Shown piece after piece: positions 31,056 to 62,679 of a stretch of DNA of 64,000 bases. Source of the DNA: Dictyostelium discoideum (lineage: Eukaryota); contig CM000154.2 of NCBI GenBank assembly GCA_000004695.1, forward strand, positions 4,736,001 to 4,800,000, given 5' to 3'. How positions within the stretch are numbered: position 1 is the stretch's first letter; each line of letters opens with the position of its first letter. The notes beneath the pieces were generated by a model. That model ran no database searches, was not told where the DNA came from, and saw only the letters and a program-made list of their open reading frames with translations. A program made the position numbers and the translations under genes.

Positions 31056-32033
31056 ATGTTATCAGCTGCTCCTAAACCAACTCCACAAAATAAAAAACAA
31101 TCATTTTATAATAAATTATGGTGTATGGTTTGTAGAATTCAAGATCCAGATATTATTGAAGATTATGCAAAAGGAGATTTAATTTGTAGAGGATGTGGTG
31201 TTGTTGTTGGTGATCGTATTGTAGATGAACATTCCGAATGGAGAACCTTTTCCAATAGTGAAAGTACAGGAGCCGATCCAAATCGTGTTGGTGGTCCAAT
31301 TAATCCTTTACTTCGTGATTCAGCATTGTCTACAACAGTTGGTAAGGGTTCAAAAGATTCAGGTACATTAACTCGTCTTCAAAATAAGAGTGCTTTGGGT
31401 ACTGGTGATCGTAATTTGTTAGCAGCTTTCAAAGAGATTGGTCGTATGGCCGATCATATGAACCTTCCACAAACAGTTCAAGATCGTGCCAATGAATTGT
31501 TTAGATTTATGGATGATAAGAAATCCACCAAAGGTAGATCTGTCGATGGTATGGTCGCCGCCGCTTTATATATAGCCTGTCGTCAAGAGCATCTCTCACG
31601 TACCTTTAAGGAGATTGCTGCGTTGACCAATGTTCCAAAGAAAGAGATTAGCAGATGTTATAAAATTATGAAAGAAACCTTTGCTAGTGTATTGAATCTT
31701 CAAACCATCTCCTCTGAAGATTTCACAAGTCGTTTCTGTTCAACTCTCAAATTACCAAATGACGTAAAGAAAGGCGCTGAACACGTCAGTAAAATGGCCA
31801 TGGATATGGGTATTGTTGCAGGTAAATCACCAATCTCTGTAACTGCTGCCTCAATCTATATGGTCTCTCAATTATCACCCGAGAAGAGAACTCAAAAACA
31901 AATCGCTGATGTTAGTGGTGTATCTGAGGTAACCATTAGAAATGCTTACAAAGATCTTTACGCTAAAAGAGATCAATTAATTCCTTCCGACTCTCCTTAT
32001 TTCAGTCAAGTTCAATATTTACCAACAAATTAA
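31056..32033 (+). CDS. gtf2b: Transcription initiation factor IIB (TFIIB). Single exon, 325 aa.
   Basis: N-terminal zinc ribbon CMVC…CRGC. B-finger/linker. Two cyclin-like repeats (RSVDGMVAAALYIACRQEHLSRTFKEIAALTNVPKKEISRCYK and KSPISVTAASIYMVSQLSPEKRTQKQIADVSGVSEVTIRNAYKDL). Confidence 0.9.
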   Translation: MLSAAPKPTPQNKKQSFYNKLWCMVCRIQDPDIIEDYAKGDLICRGCGVVVGDRIVDEHSEWRTFSNSESTGADPNRVGGPINPLLRDSALSTTVGKGSKDSGTLTRLQNKSALGTGDRNLLAAFKEIGRMADHMNLPQTVQDRANELFRFMDDKKSTKGRSVDGMVAAALYIACRQEHLSRTFKEIAALTNVPKKEISRCYKIMKETFASVLNLQTISSEDFTSRFCSTLKLPNDVKKGAEHVSKMAMDMGIVAGKSPISVTAASIYMVSQLSPEKRTQKQIADVSGVSEVTIRNAYKDLYAKRDQLIPSDSPYFSQVQYLPTN

Positions 32034-32336
32034 AAAAAAAAAAATAATCAAAAAAAAAAAATGAACATGAAAAAGAAAAAAAAGGATATACAAATAATAT
32101 GTTTTGTTCACTCAAAATAAATAATTAATAATAATAATATAAAAGTTTTTTTTTTTTTTTTTAAAACAATAATTTTTTTTTCTATACAAAATTTAAAATA
32201 AAACAAATATACATTTACATGCTTTCTTTTTTTTTAAAAAAAAAAAAAAAAAAATCTAAACGATTATGTTTTTTTTGTAATTGATAGTTTATTTTTATTA
32301 TTGGAAATTGGGATTATTATTATATTTCATGATTCA

Positions 32337-33935
32337 AGTGGTTCAATATCATCATATAATATTTTAACATAAATGTTTATTGTTAATTTATCATCATCAC
32401 TTAACCAACCATTCTTTTTATTAATTAATTTTGAAGCTAAAAATTTAGACCAACCTTTTCTCTCAATTTCTTCAAAAACTAAAATAATTTATATCAGTTA
32501 TTTTTTTAAATAAAAATAATTTAAATAATTAATATTAAAAATAATATTTACCTTCTAGACCTTTTCTTGTAATGGATTTTGATTTATCCAAAAGATTAAC
32601 CAATTCAAGAGTGAATTCTAATTTGTTAGGGTCTTCGTTATTATTATGTAAAAATAAAGAGAGGTGATCTTTTCCAGTTAGACTGCCATTTGGATAGATA
32701 GATATTACAAATTCACGAGACACAATATCGAATGATGGAGAATATATGTATTCAGGGTGCGGGGTATTCTCAACAAGATTTGAATAGTTTGAAATGATCC
32801 ATTTATTCGTATATCCTTGAGAAGTTAATTTCCATGAATTAATAAAATCATTTTTATTAAAATAATTATCATCGATTTCAGTAATTAATGATGAAAGTTC
32901 ATCATTCTTTCTTTGAAGTTCACTACAAGTAATCTTTGATTTTTCAATTTCTTTGAGAAGTAATTCTTGAATTTTCATTGATTGATCTAATGTTGATGAT
33001 AGTTTATCAATTAATTTGCCCATAAATAATTGATGATTTACATTCTCTAAATGACGCTGTAACTCTGATCTCTTCATTTCAACTTTGCAACCATATTCAT
33101 AATATTTACATTGTATTGTAGAATTATTACAATCATTCTCAATATGTGATTTTATTTGATCTCTTTCAAAAAAATTTAAACAACCTTGTGGACAACCTAT
33201 TACAAATTTTGGGCACTCATCATAATGATTTTCTAATTGCACTTGAATGATACCATCACAAGCACAATATTCACATTTAACTAATTTGAAACCACATTGA
33301 TTTTCATGTTCTTTCAATGAATTTAATCTTAAAACTCTATCACATCCGATATGTGAACATTTTACAAATTTAAATTTACAATTTTGTATATGTCTATCTA
33401 ATTGATCTACATTTATTATTTCTTTACAACCATTCTCTTCATCTTTAATTAATTTTCTTTTTTCATTTTCTTCGTCTTTATTTTCTTCATTTTCATTTTC
33501 ATTTTCTTCATCCTCATCTTTATCTTCATCATCTTCTCCATTTTCTTCATCTTCATTTTCATCTTCATCATCTTCATTTTCTTCATCTTCATTTTCTTCA
33601 TCTTCATTTTCTTGATTGGCACCATCAATAAAATAATCCAAGTGGAATGAATAAATACAATTACATTCTTTTTTAGAAAAATTTTGTTCAATTACTAAAC
33701 ATCTTGATAAATTTTTAAATGATTTTACTTTACATCTACAAATCATACATTCTTGTTTAATTTCTAATGATTTCTCCCAACATTCTTGGCATGCATAATG
33801 ACCAGAACTACATTGATAAATTGATTTTTTATAAATTAATTCAAAACAAATTGGACATGTATATTTATTTTTCTTTTGTAATGATTCTTTATTTAATAAA
33901 ACATCATTGATTGTAAATTTTGAATATATTGACAT
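32337..33935 (-). CDS. TRAF-like protein: RING finger, acidic D/E repeat, TRAF-type zinc fingers, coiled coil, C-terminal MATH domain. Two exons: 33935-32562 and 32479-32337.
   Basis: RING: [42 protein letters not shown]. Repeated C-x…H-x…C-x…C TRAF fingers ([55 protein letters not shown]). MATH domain [12 protein letters not shown]…[16 protein letters not shown]…LSLFLHNNN. The last exon after donor GTAAAT (32561) and acceptor ttAG (32481-80) encodes [42 protein letters not shown]. Confidence 0.75.
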
Positions 33936-34250
33936 TCCGTTATAAAATAAAATATAAAATTAAAAAAAAAAAATAATAAAATAAAAAAACAAATAAAATT
34001 GAAAATTAAAAAAATATTTAATTAATAATATTAATAATAAAAAAAAAAAAAAAAAAAAGGTGTGTTAAAAAATAATTTTTTTTTTTTTTTTAAAAAATAA
34101 TACTAAAAATAGCTCCAAAAATAAAAAAAAAAAATTAAAATTTTAAGCGAACAAAAAAAAGTTATTTTAAGTAGTATCTTTATTTCATTAATTTTTTTTA
34201 TTTTTATTATTTTTTCAAAATAAATATAAAAAAAATAAATAAATAAATAA

Positions 34251-34330
<80 letters not shown>

Positions 34331-34339
34331 TGTTAATTT

Positions 34340-34900
34340 ATTATCAATACTGAACCAACCACTCTTTTTATCATGAATTTCATTAATGCCACATTTATTT
34401 TCATGTTCTTCTAATGAATTTAATCTTAAACTATTTCACATCCAATATGTAAACATTTTACAAATTTAAATTTACAATTTTGTATATGTGTATCTAATTG
34501 ATCTACATTTATTATTTCTTTACAACCATTCTCTTTATATTTAATTAATTTTCTTTTTTCATTTTCTTTATTCTCTTCATTTTTTTCATCTTCATTTTCT
34601 TCTTGATTTGAACCATCAATACAATAATCCAAGTAGAATGAGTACATACAAAAACATTGTTTTTTACCAAAATCTTGTTCCATTACTAAACATCTTGATA
34701 AATCTTTAAATGATTTTACTTCTGATTTACAAATCATACATTCTTGTTTATTTTTTAAAGACATTCTTTACATGCATAATGACCAGATCTGCAATGATAA
34801 AAAAAAATATTCAAAACACTTTGGACATGTATATTTTTTTTTCTTTTGAATTAATTCTTGATTAAATAAAACTTGATTGATTGTAAATTTTGAATTAGCT
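34340..34900 (-). pseudogene. Decayed TRAF-like paralog fragment (RING/acidic/TRAF-finger region with frameshifts and a truncated 5' end)
   Basis: ORF 34426-34764 (…[28 protein letters not shown]…[17 protein letters not shown]) is collinear with residues ~60-200 of the intact gene. The upstream RING part is out of frame (…[13 protein letters not shown]… is only recoverable with shifts). A poly-A tract abuts at 34260-34325. Confidence 0.5.
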
Positions 34901-35024
34901 GGCATTCGTTATAAAATAAATATATATATTAAAAAAATAAAAATTTAATAAAAATTAAAAAAATTATAAAATATAAAAAATTCCAAGTTAACTTAAAAAT
35001 TTTATTGAAAAATATTTGAGGATT

Positions 35025-36318
35025 CTATAGGGGGTTATTATTATTATTATTTAATTTTTTAATAAAAATTTTAATTGTTAATTTATTATCAGTACTCAAC
35101 CAACCAAACTTTTTATCTTGGAATTCACCAAAGCCGACAGACCTGTGGAGGGTTCTGTTTGGTCCTTTAAATTTGATTGATTTCGACCTATCCAAATAAT
35201 TAACTATGGTAAAAATATATTTTAAATTAACCGATGGTTTTGTTTTAAATCCAATACAAGTTGGAGAAATTGAAAATGCACCTTTGGAAAAAAAAAAGTT
35301 GAAATTCTTCATTTTCAAAGTTAAATGGTTGAGAAAAAATTTTACCATTTGGTATGTTTGAAAAAATCCATTTGTTTTTGTATGTAGGAGAATAAGTGCT
35401 ATCCATTTTAGTGATAAATGAAGAAAGATTATTATTTTTTATTTGAAGTTCATCAATCTTTTTAACTAGCTCATCTTGGGTTTTATTTGATTCATATAAT
35501 GTTGATAATTTTGAAGATAGTTTTTCAATTAACAGACCTATGAAAAATTGATGATTTACATTCTCTTAATGGTTTAGTAACTCTGATCTTTCCATATAAA
35601 CTTTACAACCATATTCATAGTATTTACATGGTATTATTGAATAATTACAATCATACTCTGAATGATTTTATTTGATCTCTTTCAACCATAATTGAACAAC
35701 CTTGTGGACAGTCAATTGGAAATTTTGGGTATATATCATGATGATTCTCTAATTCCATTTGAATGATATCATCACAAGCACAATACTCACATTTAACTAA
35801 TTTGTAATCACATTTATTTTCATGTTCTTCTAATGAATTTAATCTTAAAACTATATCACATCCATCATGTGAACATTTTTCAAATTTAAATATACAATTT
35901 TCTATATGTATATCTAATTGATCTACATTTATTATTTCTCTACAACCATTCTCTTCATCTTTTACAAATATTCTTTTTTCATTTTCTTCATTTTCATATT
36001 CTTGATTGGCATCAATAAAATAATCAAAGTATGAGTAAATACAACAACATTCTTTTTTAGCAAAATTTTTTCAATTACTAAACATCTTGATAAATCTTTA
36101 AATGAATTCACTTCCGATCTACAAATCATACATTCTTGTTTTGTTTCTAATGATTTCTCCCAACATTCTCTACATGCATAATGACCAGATCTACATTGAT
36201 AAACTGATTTTTTATAAAAATATTCAAAACAAATTGGACATGAATATTTATTTTTCTTTTGTAATGATTCTTGATTTAATAAAACATTATTGATTGTAAA
36301 TTTTGAATTTATTGACAT
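35025..36318 (-). pseudogene. TRAF-like pseudogene (full-length relic, copy A of the duplicated unit). RING N-terminus intact, middle disrupted by frameshifts/stops, MATH-like C-terminus in a separate frame.
   Basis: 35962-36318 reads [83 protein letters not shown], then the frame is lost. 35025-35348 encodes a MATH-like tail. The intervening TRAF-finger region is only readable across several frame breaks. Confidence 0.55.
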
Positions 36319-36651
36319 TCTTTGTTATAAAATTATATATATATATTAAAATATATATATTAAAAAAAAAAATATAAAATAATAAAAAAAATTAAAAAAT
36401 AAATAAAATTGAAAAAAATAATAATAATAAAAAAAAAAGTGAGTGTGTTAATTTTTTACAAATAAATTTGCTATTATTTTTTTATTTAAAAAAAAAAAAA
36501 AAAAAGCTATTTTTATCACCAAAAAGAAAAAAAAAATTAAAATTTTAAGCGGTGGAAAAAAATAAAAAAAGTTATTTTTAGTTGTATCTTTTATTTCACA
36601 ATAAAAAATAATTAAAAAAAAAAACTAATAATTAATAAAATAAATAATTGG

Positions 36652-36693
<42 letters not shown>

Positions 36694-36783
36694 AAAATTA
36701 AGTTCTAGTAACATTTAAATCAAATTTTTTAATAATCTAAAAATGTTTATAAAAGATAGAATGATTAAAAATTTATTTGGTAT

Positions 36784-36815
<32 letters not shown>

Positions 36816-36841
36816 CATTGTAAATGTTATTAGAATTTTAT

Positions 36842-46775
<9,934 letters not shown>

Positions 46776-47614
46776 TTTTTTTATTTATTTTTAAAATTAA
46801 TATGAAACTTTTTATTGATAATTTTTAAGTTTTTGTTTAAAATTAAAATTAAAACAAACAGCGGGTGGAAAAAATAATTAAATAAAAAATTAATATATAA
46901 AAAAAAAAATAATTAAATAAAAAATTAATATATAAAAAAAAAAAAAAAAACTGAATTGGGGGTTCTATTTTTGTTAAACTTTTAATCTAACAAAACTCAA
47001 AAATATTGGTTAGAAAAAGCAAAACAAATTTAATTATTATTATCTTTGTCTTTGGTTATTATTTTTTATTTTATTTTACTATGTTAATGGAAAAAGGGTT
47101 ATTTTGTGTTTGTCAATTTGCAAAAAAAAAAAAATGTTTTGGTGTGTGTTTTTTTTACCCCCTTAAATATGACCAAAATTAATAAAATTTAATTTATTTT
47201 TATTGTACACCCAAATTCCACAAATACAATTTAATATTTACCTATACATCATGTTAATAAAACTTGGTGTGAGACCTTTTCTGGAAAAAAATTCAAATTT
47301 TTACGGAAAATGGAAAATGGAATATTTTCTAGAAAAATTTAAAAATAATGGAAAATAATGGAAAATTAAATTATATAAAAAAGGGTATAGTTTAAATAAA
47401 AAAAAAAATAAAGTTTTAATTTTATTTAATTTGAAAAATTATTTTTTCGAAATAACTTAATTTATTCCGGGATAACTCGATCTTTTTTAAAATATGCTGA
47501 GTTAATTATAATTAATTCAATTATCCACTGATAGATCCAATACTAAAAAATAGAAAATATTAGAATTTTTAAATTTTATTAATTCGGGGTTATTTTTTTT
47601 TTTAAAAAATAATT

Positions 47615-47794
47615 GTACCATGCCAAAATTACCATATTAATTTCAGCAGCCATATTAATTTTGGCATGGGACTTATGTCTGCCAAAATTACCGTATTAAT
47701 TTCAGCCTAAAATAGTTGGTCTGTGCATGCCAAAATTAATATGGCTGCTGAAATTAATATGGTAATTCTAGCAGACATAAGTCCCATGCCAAAA
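47615..47794. mobile_element. Solo ~180-bp palindromic MITE-like element, the same repeat family as the terminal inverted repeats of the 60383-62197 insertion
   Basis: It begins gtaccatgccaaaattaccatattaatttcagcagccatattaattttggcatgggac, a 57-nt hairpin unit. This is followed by a second palindrome ttatgtctgc…gcagacataa and a restart of the unit (gtcccatgccaaaa). It matches the reverse complement of 60383-60563 nearly base for base. Confidence 0.5.
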
Positions 47795-49019
47795 ATAATT
47801 ATAATAATTATTAGAAAATAGGATATTTTATAAAAAAATAAGATTTTTTATTAAAAATGTAACCTTTATTATTTTTTAAATACAATATATTAAAAAAAAA
47901 GATAAATAATAATAAAAAAAAAATAATACAATATATTAAAAATTGTACCATTATATAATTTTTAACATATTTTATTAAAATATAATAAATACTAAAAAAT
48001 GAGATAATATATAAGAAGGTTATAAATTTTATTAATTATGGTTTAAGTAATCCCTAAAAAATAAGATAAAAAATAATAAATTTTATAAAAAAAAAAAAAA
48101 ATATATAAAATTTCTTTTTATTTTTTCATTTTTTTTTCATCTTTTTTTTTTTCCAAAGTAAGTAAATTTTCATTATTGTTTGAATAAAATCAGTAAACTA
48201 ATTATTAAATTAGAATAAATAAAATTGATGAAACAACTTAAAAAAAAAAAAAAAATAATAAAAAAAAAAAAATAAAAAAAATTTAGAAAAATAATTTGGC
48301 TTTTTTGGCACAACAATGTCCAATAAATTTAGTTAGTAAAAATTCAGACAGATTAATATTGCCATTATGTAAAGGTATGATATCAAATAATAATTAAATC
48401 AAAATAGCTTTAATACTAATTATTTCTTTTTTTTAAAAAATTAAATAGATGTCTATTTAATTTTTTCAAGACCAGAGAAATCCAATGTAGCCTCATCTGA
48501 ATGCATTGCGAATACCCATTGTATCCTGTAATACCAATTAATTCCAATGTGGCTTCATCTGTTGCAAATCGATTTTCATTTATTAAATCTTATAATAATC
48601 TATTAAAATTTCTTTTTTTTTAACATATTTTAAAATTATTAATTAATTTAATAAATTTTATTATTAGTATTATTTTTTGATAATATTAAAATAATAATAC
48701 TAATAATAAAATTTATTAAAAATTAATAATATTTTTTGATTAATTTTTATAATAAATAAGGAATAGATTATATAAAAAAAATAAAAATTCTTATATTTTA
48801 ATATTTTTTATTTAAATATTTATTGTACACCCATTATTTTTTATCATTTTATTATAGTTTTTAATAATATTATTAAATTATAGTTTTATGTTTTAAAAAT
48901 GAGAAATTACAATAGTAAAATTTCCCACAATATGGTAAATCAATAAATTTTTTATAATTTAATGACAAATTAATATTCAATTTTATTTAAATAATATTAA
49001 ATTTTATCTTTTGGTAGGC

Positions 49020-49759
49020 TTGAAAAAACCCATTTGTTTTTTTATGTGGGCGAATAAGTACTATCCATTTTAGTGATAAATGATGATAGATTATCATTTT
49101 TTATTTGAAGTTCATCAATCTTTTTAACTAGCTCATCTTGGGTTTTATTTGATTCAGATAATGTTGATAATTTTATCATGATGATTCTCTAATTCCATTT
49201 GAATGATATCATCACAAGCACAATATTCACATTTAACTAATTTGTAATCACATTTATTTTCATGTTCTTCTAATGAATTTAATCTTAAAACTATATCGCA
49301 TCAATCATGTGAACATTTTACAAATTTAAATTAACAATTTTGTATATGTGTATCTAATCGATCTACATTTATTATTTCTCTACAACCAGTCTCTTCATCT
49401 TTTATTAATATTCTTTTTTCATTTTCTTCATTTTCATATTTTTGATTGGCATCAATAAAATAATCAAAGTATGAGTAAATACAACAACATTCTTTTTTAG
49501 CAAAATTTTGTTCAATTACTAAACATCTTGATAAATCTTTATATGAATTCACTTCTGATCTACAAATCATACATTCTTGTTTTGTTTCTAATGATTTCTC
49601 CCAACATTCTCTACATGCATAATGACCAGATCTACATTGATAAACTGATTTTTTATAAAAATATTCAAAACAAATTGGACATGAATATTTATTTTTCTTT
49701 TGTAATGATTCTTGATTTAATAAAACATTATTGATTGTAAATTTTGAATTTATTGACAT
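49020..49759 (-). pseudogene. TRAF-like pseudogene (copy B of the duplicated unit): RING N-terminus retained, ~550-bp internal deletion relative to copy A, MATH region residual
   Basis: 49331-49759 reads [22 protein letters not shown]…[36 protein letters not shown]…, near-identical to 35962-36318. 49020-49330 aligns to 35335-35520 and 35700-35790 of copy A, with the intervening segment missing. Confidence 0.5.
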
Positions 49760-50014
49760 TTTTTGTTATAAAATTATATATATATATTAAAATATATATA
49801 TTAAAAAAAAAATATAAAATAATAAAAAAAAATAAAAAATAAATAAAATTGAAAAAAATAATAATAATAAAAAAAAAAGTGAGTGTGTTAATTTTGTTAT
49901 TATTTTTTTTATTTAAAAAAAAAAAAAAAAAAAGTTATTTTTAGTCGTATCTTTTATTTCACAATAAAAAATAATTAAAAAAAAAAACTAATAATTAATA
50001 AAATAAGTAATTTG

Positions 50015-50051
<37 letters not shown>

Positions 50052-50201
50052 AAATTTAATTTCTAGTAACATTTAAATCAAATTTTTTAATAATCTAAAA
50101 ATGTATTTAAAAGATAGAATGATTATTAAAAATTTATTTGGTATTTTAAAAATTTTTTTTTTTTTTTTTTTTTTCCATTGTAAATGTTATTAAAATTTTA
50201 T

Positions 50202-60077
<9,876 letters not shown>

Positions 60078-60946
60078 TTTTTTTATTTATTTTTAAAATT
60101 AATATGAAACTTTTTATTGATAATTTTTAAGTTTTTGTTTAAAATTAAAATTAAAACAAACAGCAGGTGGATAAAAAAAAATAATTAAAAAATTAATAAT
60201 ATAACTAATTAATAAAAAAAAAAAAAAAAACTGAATTGGGGGTTCTATTTTTGTTAAACTTTTAATCTAACAAAACTCAAAAATATTGGTTAGAAAAAGC
60301 AAAACAAATTTAATTATTATTATCTTTGTCTTTGGTTATTATTTTTTTTTTATTTTACTATGTTGTGGAAAAAGGGTTATTTGTCCCATGCCAAAATTAA
60401 TATGGCTGCTGAAATTAATATGGTAATTTTGGCATGGGACTTATGTCTGCTAGAATTACCACATTAATTTCAGCAGCCATATTAATTTTGGCATGCACAG
60501 ACCAACTATTTTAGGCTGAAATTAATATGGCTGCCGAAATTAATATGGTAATTTTGGGCATAGAAAAATAAAAAAAAAACTCAAAGTCATTTAATTAATA
60601 ATCATCTCAAATATAAAAGAATTAAAAATAATAAAAAAAAACTCATGGGATTAATTACAGTAACAATACTGATGACAAGAATAATTATAAAATAAAAAAA
60701 AAAAAAAAATCTTTTTTTATCTTTTTATTTTTATTTCTTATTTATTTTCATGTGTTCAAAAAAAGTGGTGGTTTAAAACAATTTATTTAATTTTAAACTG
60801 TATGATTGTTTAAACAATTTCGAAATAAGTTTCTTTAAAGAAATTCTGTATTTCTTTTTTATTTTATTTTATTTCATTTCATTCTAATTTTTTTTTTTTT
60901 TTTTTTTTTATTTTTTTATTTTTTTTTTTTTTTTTGTATATTTAAG

Positions 60947-61100
<154 letters not shown>

Positions 61101-61284
61101 TACTATTATTTAATTGACCGAAGGGATATCTTTTACTTTTTTTTTATATATAATTGTTCGAAACTTTAAAAAATAAAATAAAAAAAAAAAAATTAAAAAA
61201 AAAAATATAAAAAAAAAATTAAAAAAATTAAAAAGTATTTTTTTTTTTTATTTTTTTATTTTTCCACCCGAAGATGTCGCTTTT

Positions 61285-61686
61285 TTGGAATTTAAAGATG
61301 TTGAATTCAATCAAAGTGATGAATTTGGTGTATTATTTAACGAAGTTACTATTGATAAAAATGATTTGAAGTACAAAGTAAATGTTGAATTTAGAGAGGC
61401 GGAGACAAGTAAAAATAAATTGCAAAGGGATATCGAAATAACCAAAAGAAAATCAACAGATGACCTAGTTGAAAAAGCAATCGAGCACTCTACCACCGAA
61501 GTTAGATCAACACATGAAGCTGCAACAACTTCCAATAATGGTGGAATCACAACTCAATCAAACAAAAACAAAACGGGTAAAAAAAGAGCTAATCAATTAC
61601 AATCTGATGCTGATTTTACCAAAAGATTTTCAAACGAAACTTCATCTGTTAGTAACAAAAGAGAAAGTAGAAGAGTCAATAATTAA
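61285..61686 (+). other. Internal ORF of the TIR element, 133 codons, no in-frame ATG (begins at TTG); unassigned
   Basis: Only stop-free stretch inside the element. Composition is less AT-biased than its surroundings. Charged, K/E/T/S-rich product …EFKDVEFNQSDEFGVLFNEVTIDKNDLKYKVNVEFREAETSKNKLQRDIEITKRK…. No recognisable domain. Confidence 0.25.
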
Positions 61687-62579
61687 AATAAAAAATTAAA
61701 AAAAAAAAATTATTTTAATTTTTTTTTTTTTTTTTTTTTTTTATTTTTAATTTTTTTTTTTATTTTTAATTTTTTTTTTTGTGAGCCGTGGACATAAATG
61801 AATAATAAAAAAATATATCAACTAAAAAAAAAAGAAATGAAAATAAATTATAAAATTAATAATAAAAATAAAAAGATAAAAATAAATAAAAGATATAAAT
61901 AAAATAATATGAAAATTTTTTTTTTTTTTTTTTTTANTATTATAATTATTATAATAAAAATAATAATAATAATAATTTTAGTACTAAAATTTTGTTTATA
62001 TTTGAGATGATTATTAATTAAATGACTTTGACTTTTTTTTTTTTTCTATGCCAAAATTACCATATTAATTTTGGCAGCTATGTACATGCTGAAATTAATA
62101 TGGCTGCTGAAATTAATACGGTAATTTTGGCAGACATAAGTCCCATGCCAAAATTAATATAGCTGCTGAAATTAATATGGTAATTTTGGCATGGGACAGT
62201 TATTTTGTGTTTGTCAATTTACAAAAAAAAAAAAAATGTTTTGGTGTGTGTTTTTTTACCCCCTTAAATATTGACCAAAATTAATAAAATTTAATTTATT
62301 TTTATTGTACACCCAAATTCCACAAATACAATTTAATATTTACCTATACATTAATAAAACTTTTATAAGCTGGCCATTTTTCAAGCGAAAACGATGATGG
62401 AGGGGTAGAAAATGATAATTTACTTAAATATTCTATTCAAAATAAAGAGGATAGAGAAGAAGAAGAGTTGAGTGTGTATTATTTTTCATTTTACATAAAT
62501 ATGTTAAAGTATTGGCCATTAGAAAAAAAAAAAGTTAAAAAATGAAAAAAGTTAAAAAAAAAAAAAGTGAAAATATATT

Positions 62580-62679
62580 NNNNNNNNNNNNNNNNNNNNN
62601 NNNNNNNNNNNNNNNNNNNNNNNNNNNNNNNNNNNNNNNNNNNNNNNNNNNNNNNNNNNNNNNNNNNNNNNNNNNNNNN
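62580..62679. other. Assembly gap (100 N). Single N at 61937 and NN at 5984-5985.
   Basis: Direct reading of n characters. A 100-N run is the conventional unknown-size gap. Confidence 0.95.

Noticed and set aside
33449-33691. [13 protein letters not shown]… antisense to the TRAF-like gene
   Set aside because: It is the reverse reading of the GAA/GAT acidic repeat. The sense strand encodes the conserved RING/TRAF/MATH protein.
62361-62579. Plus-strand stop-free frame (GHFSSENDDGGVENDNLLKYSIQNKEDREEEELSVYYF…) between the duplicate-unit boundary and the assembly gap
   Set aside because: It has no ATG, no motif, and it runs into the gap. It could be transposon-internal sequence but is unsupported.
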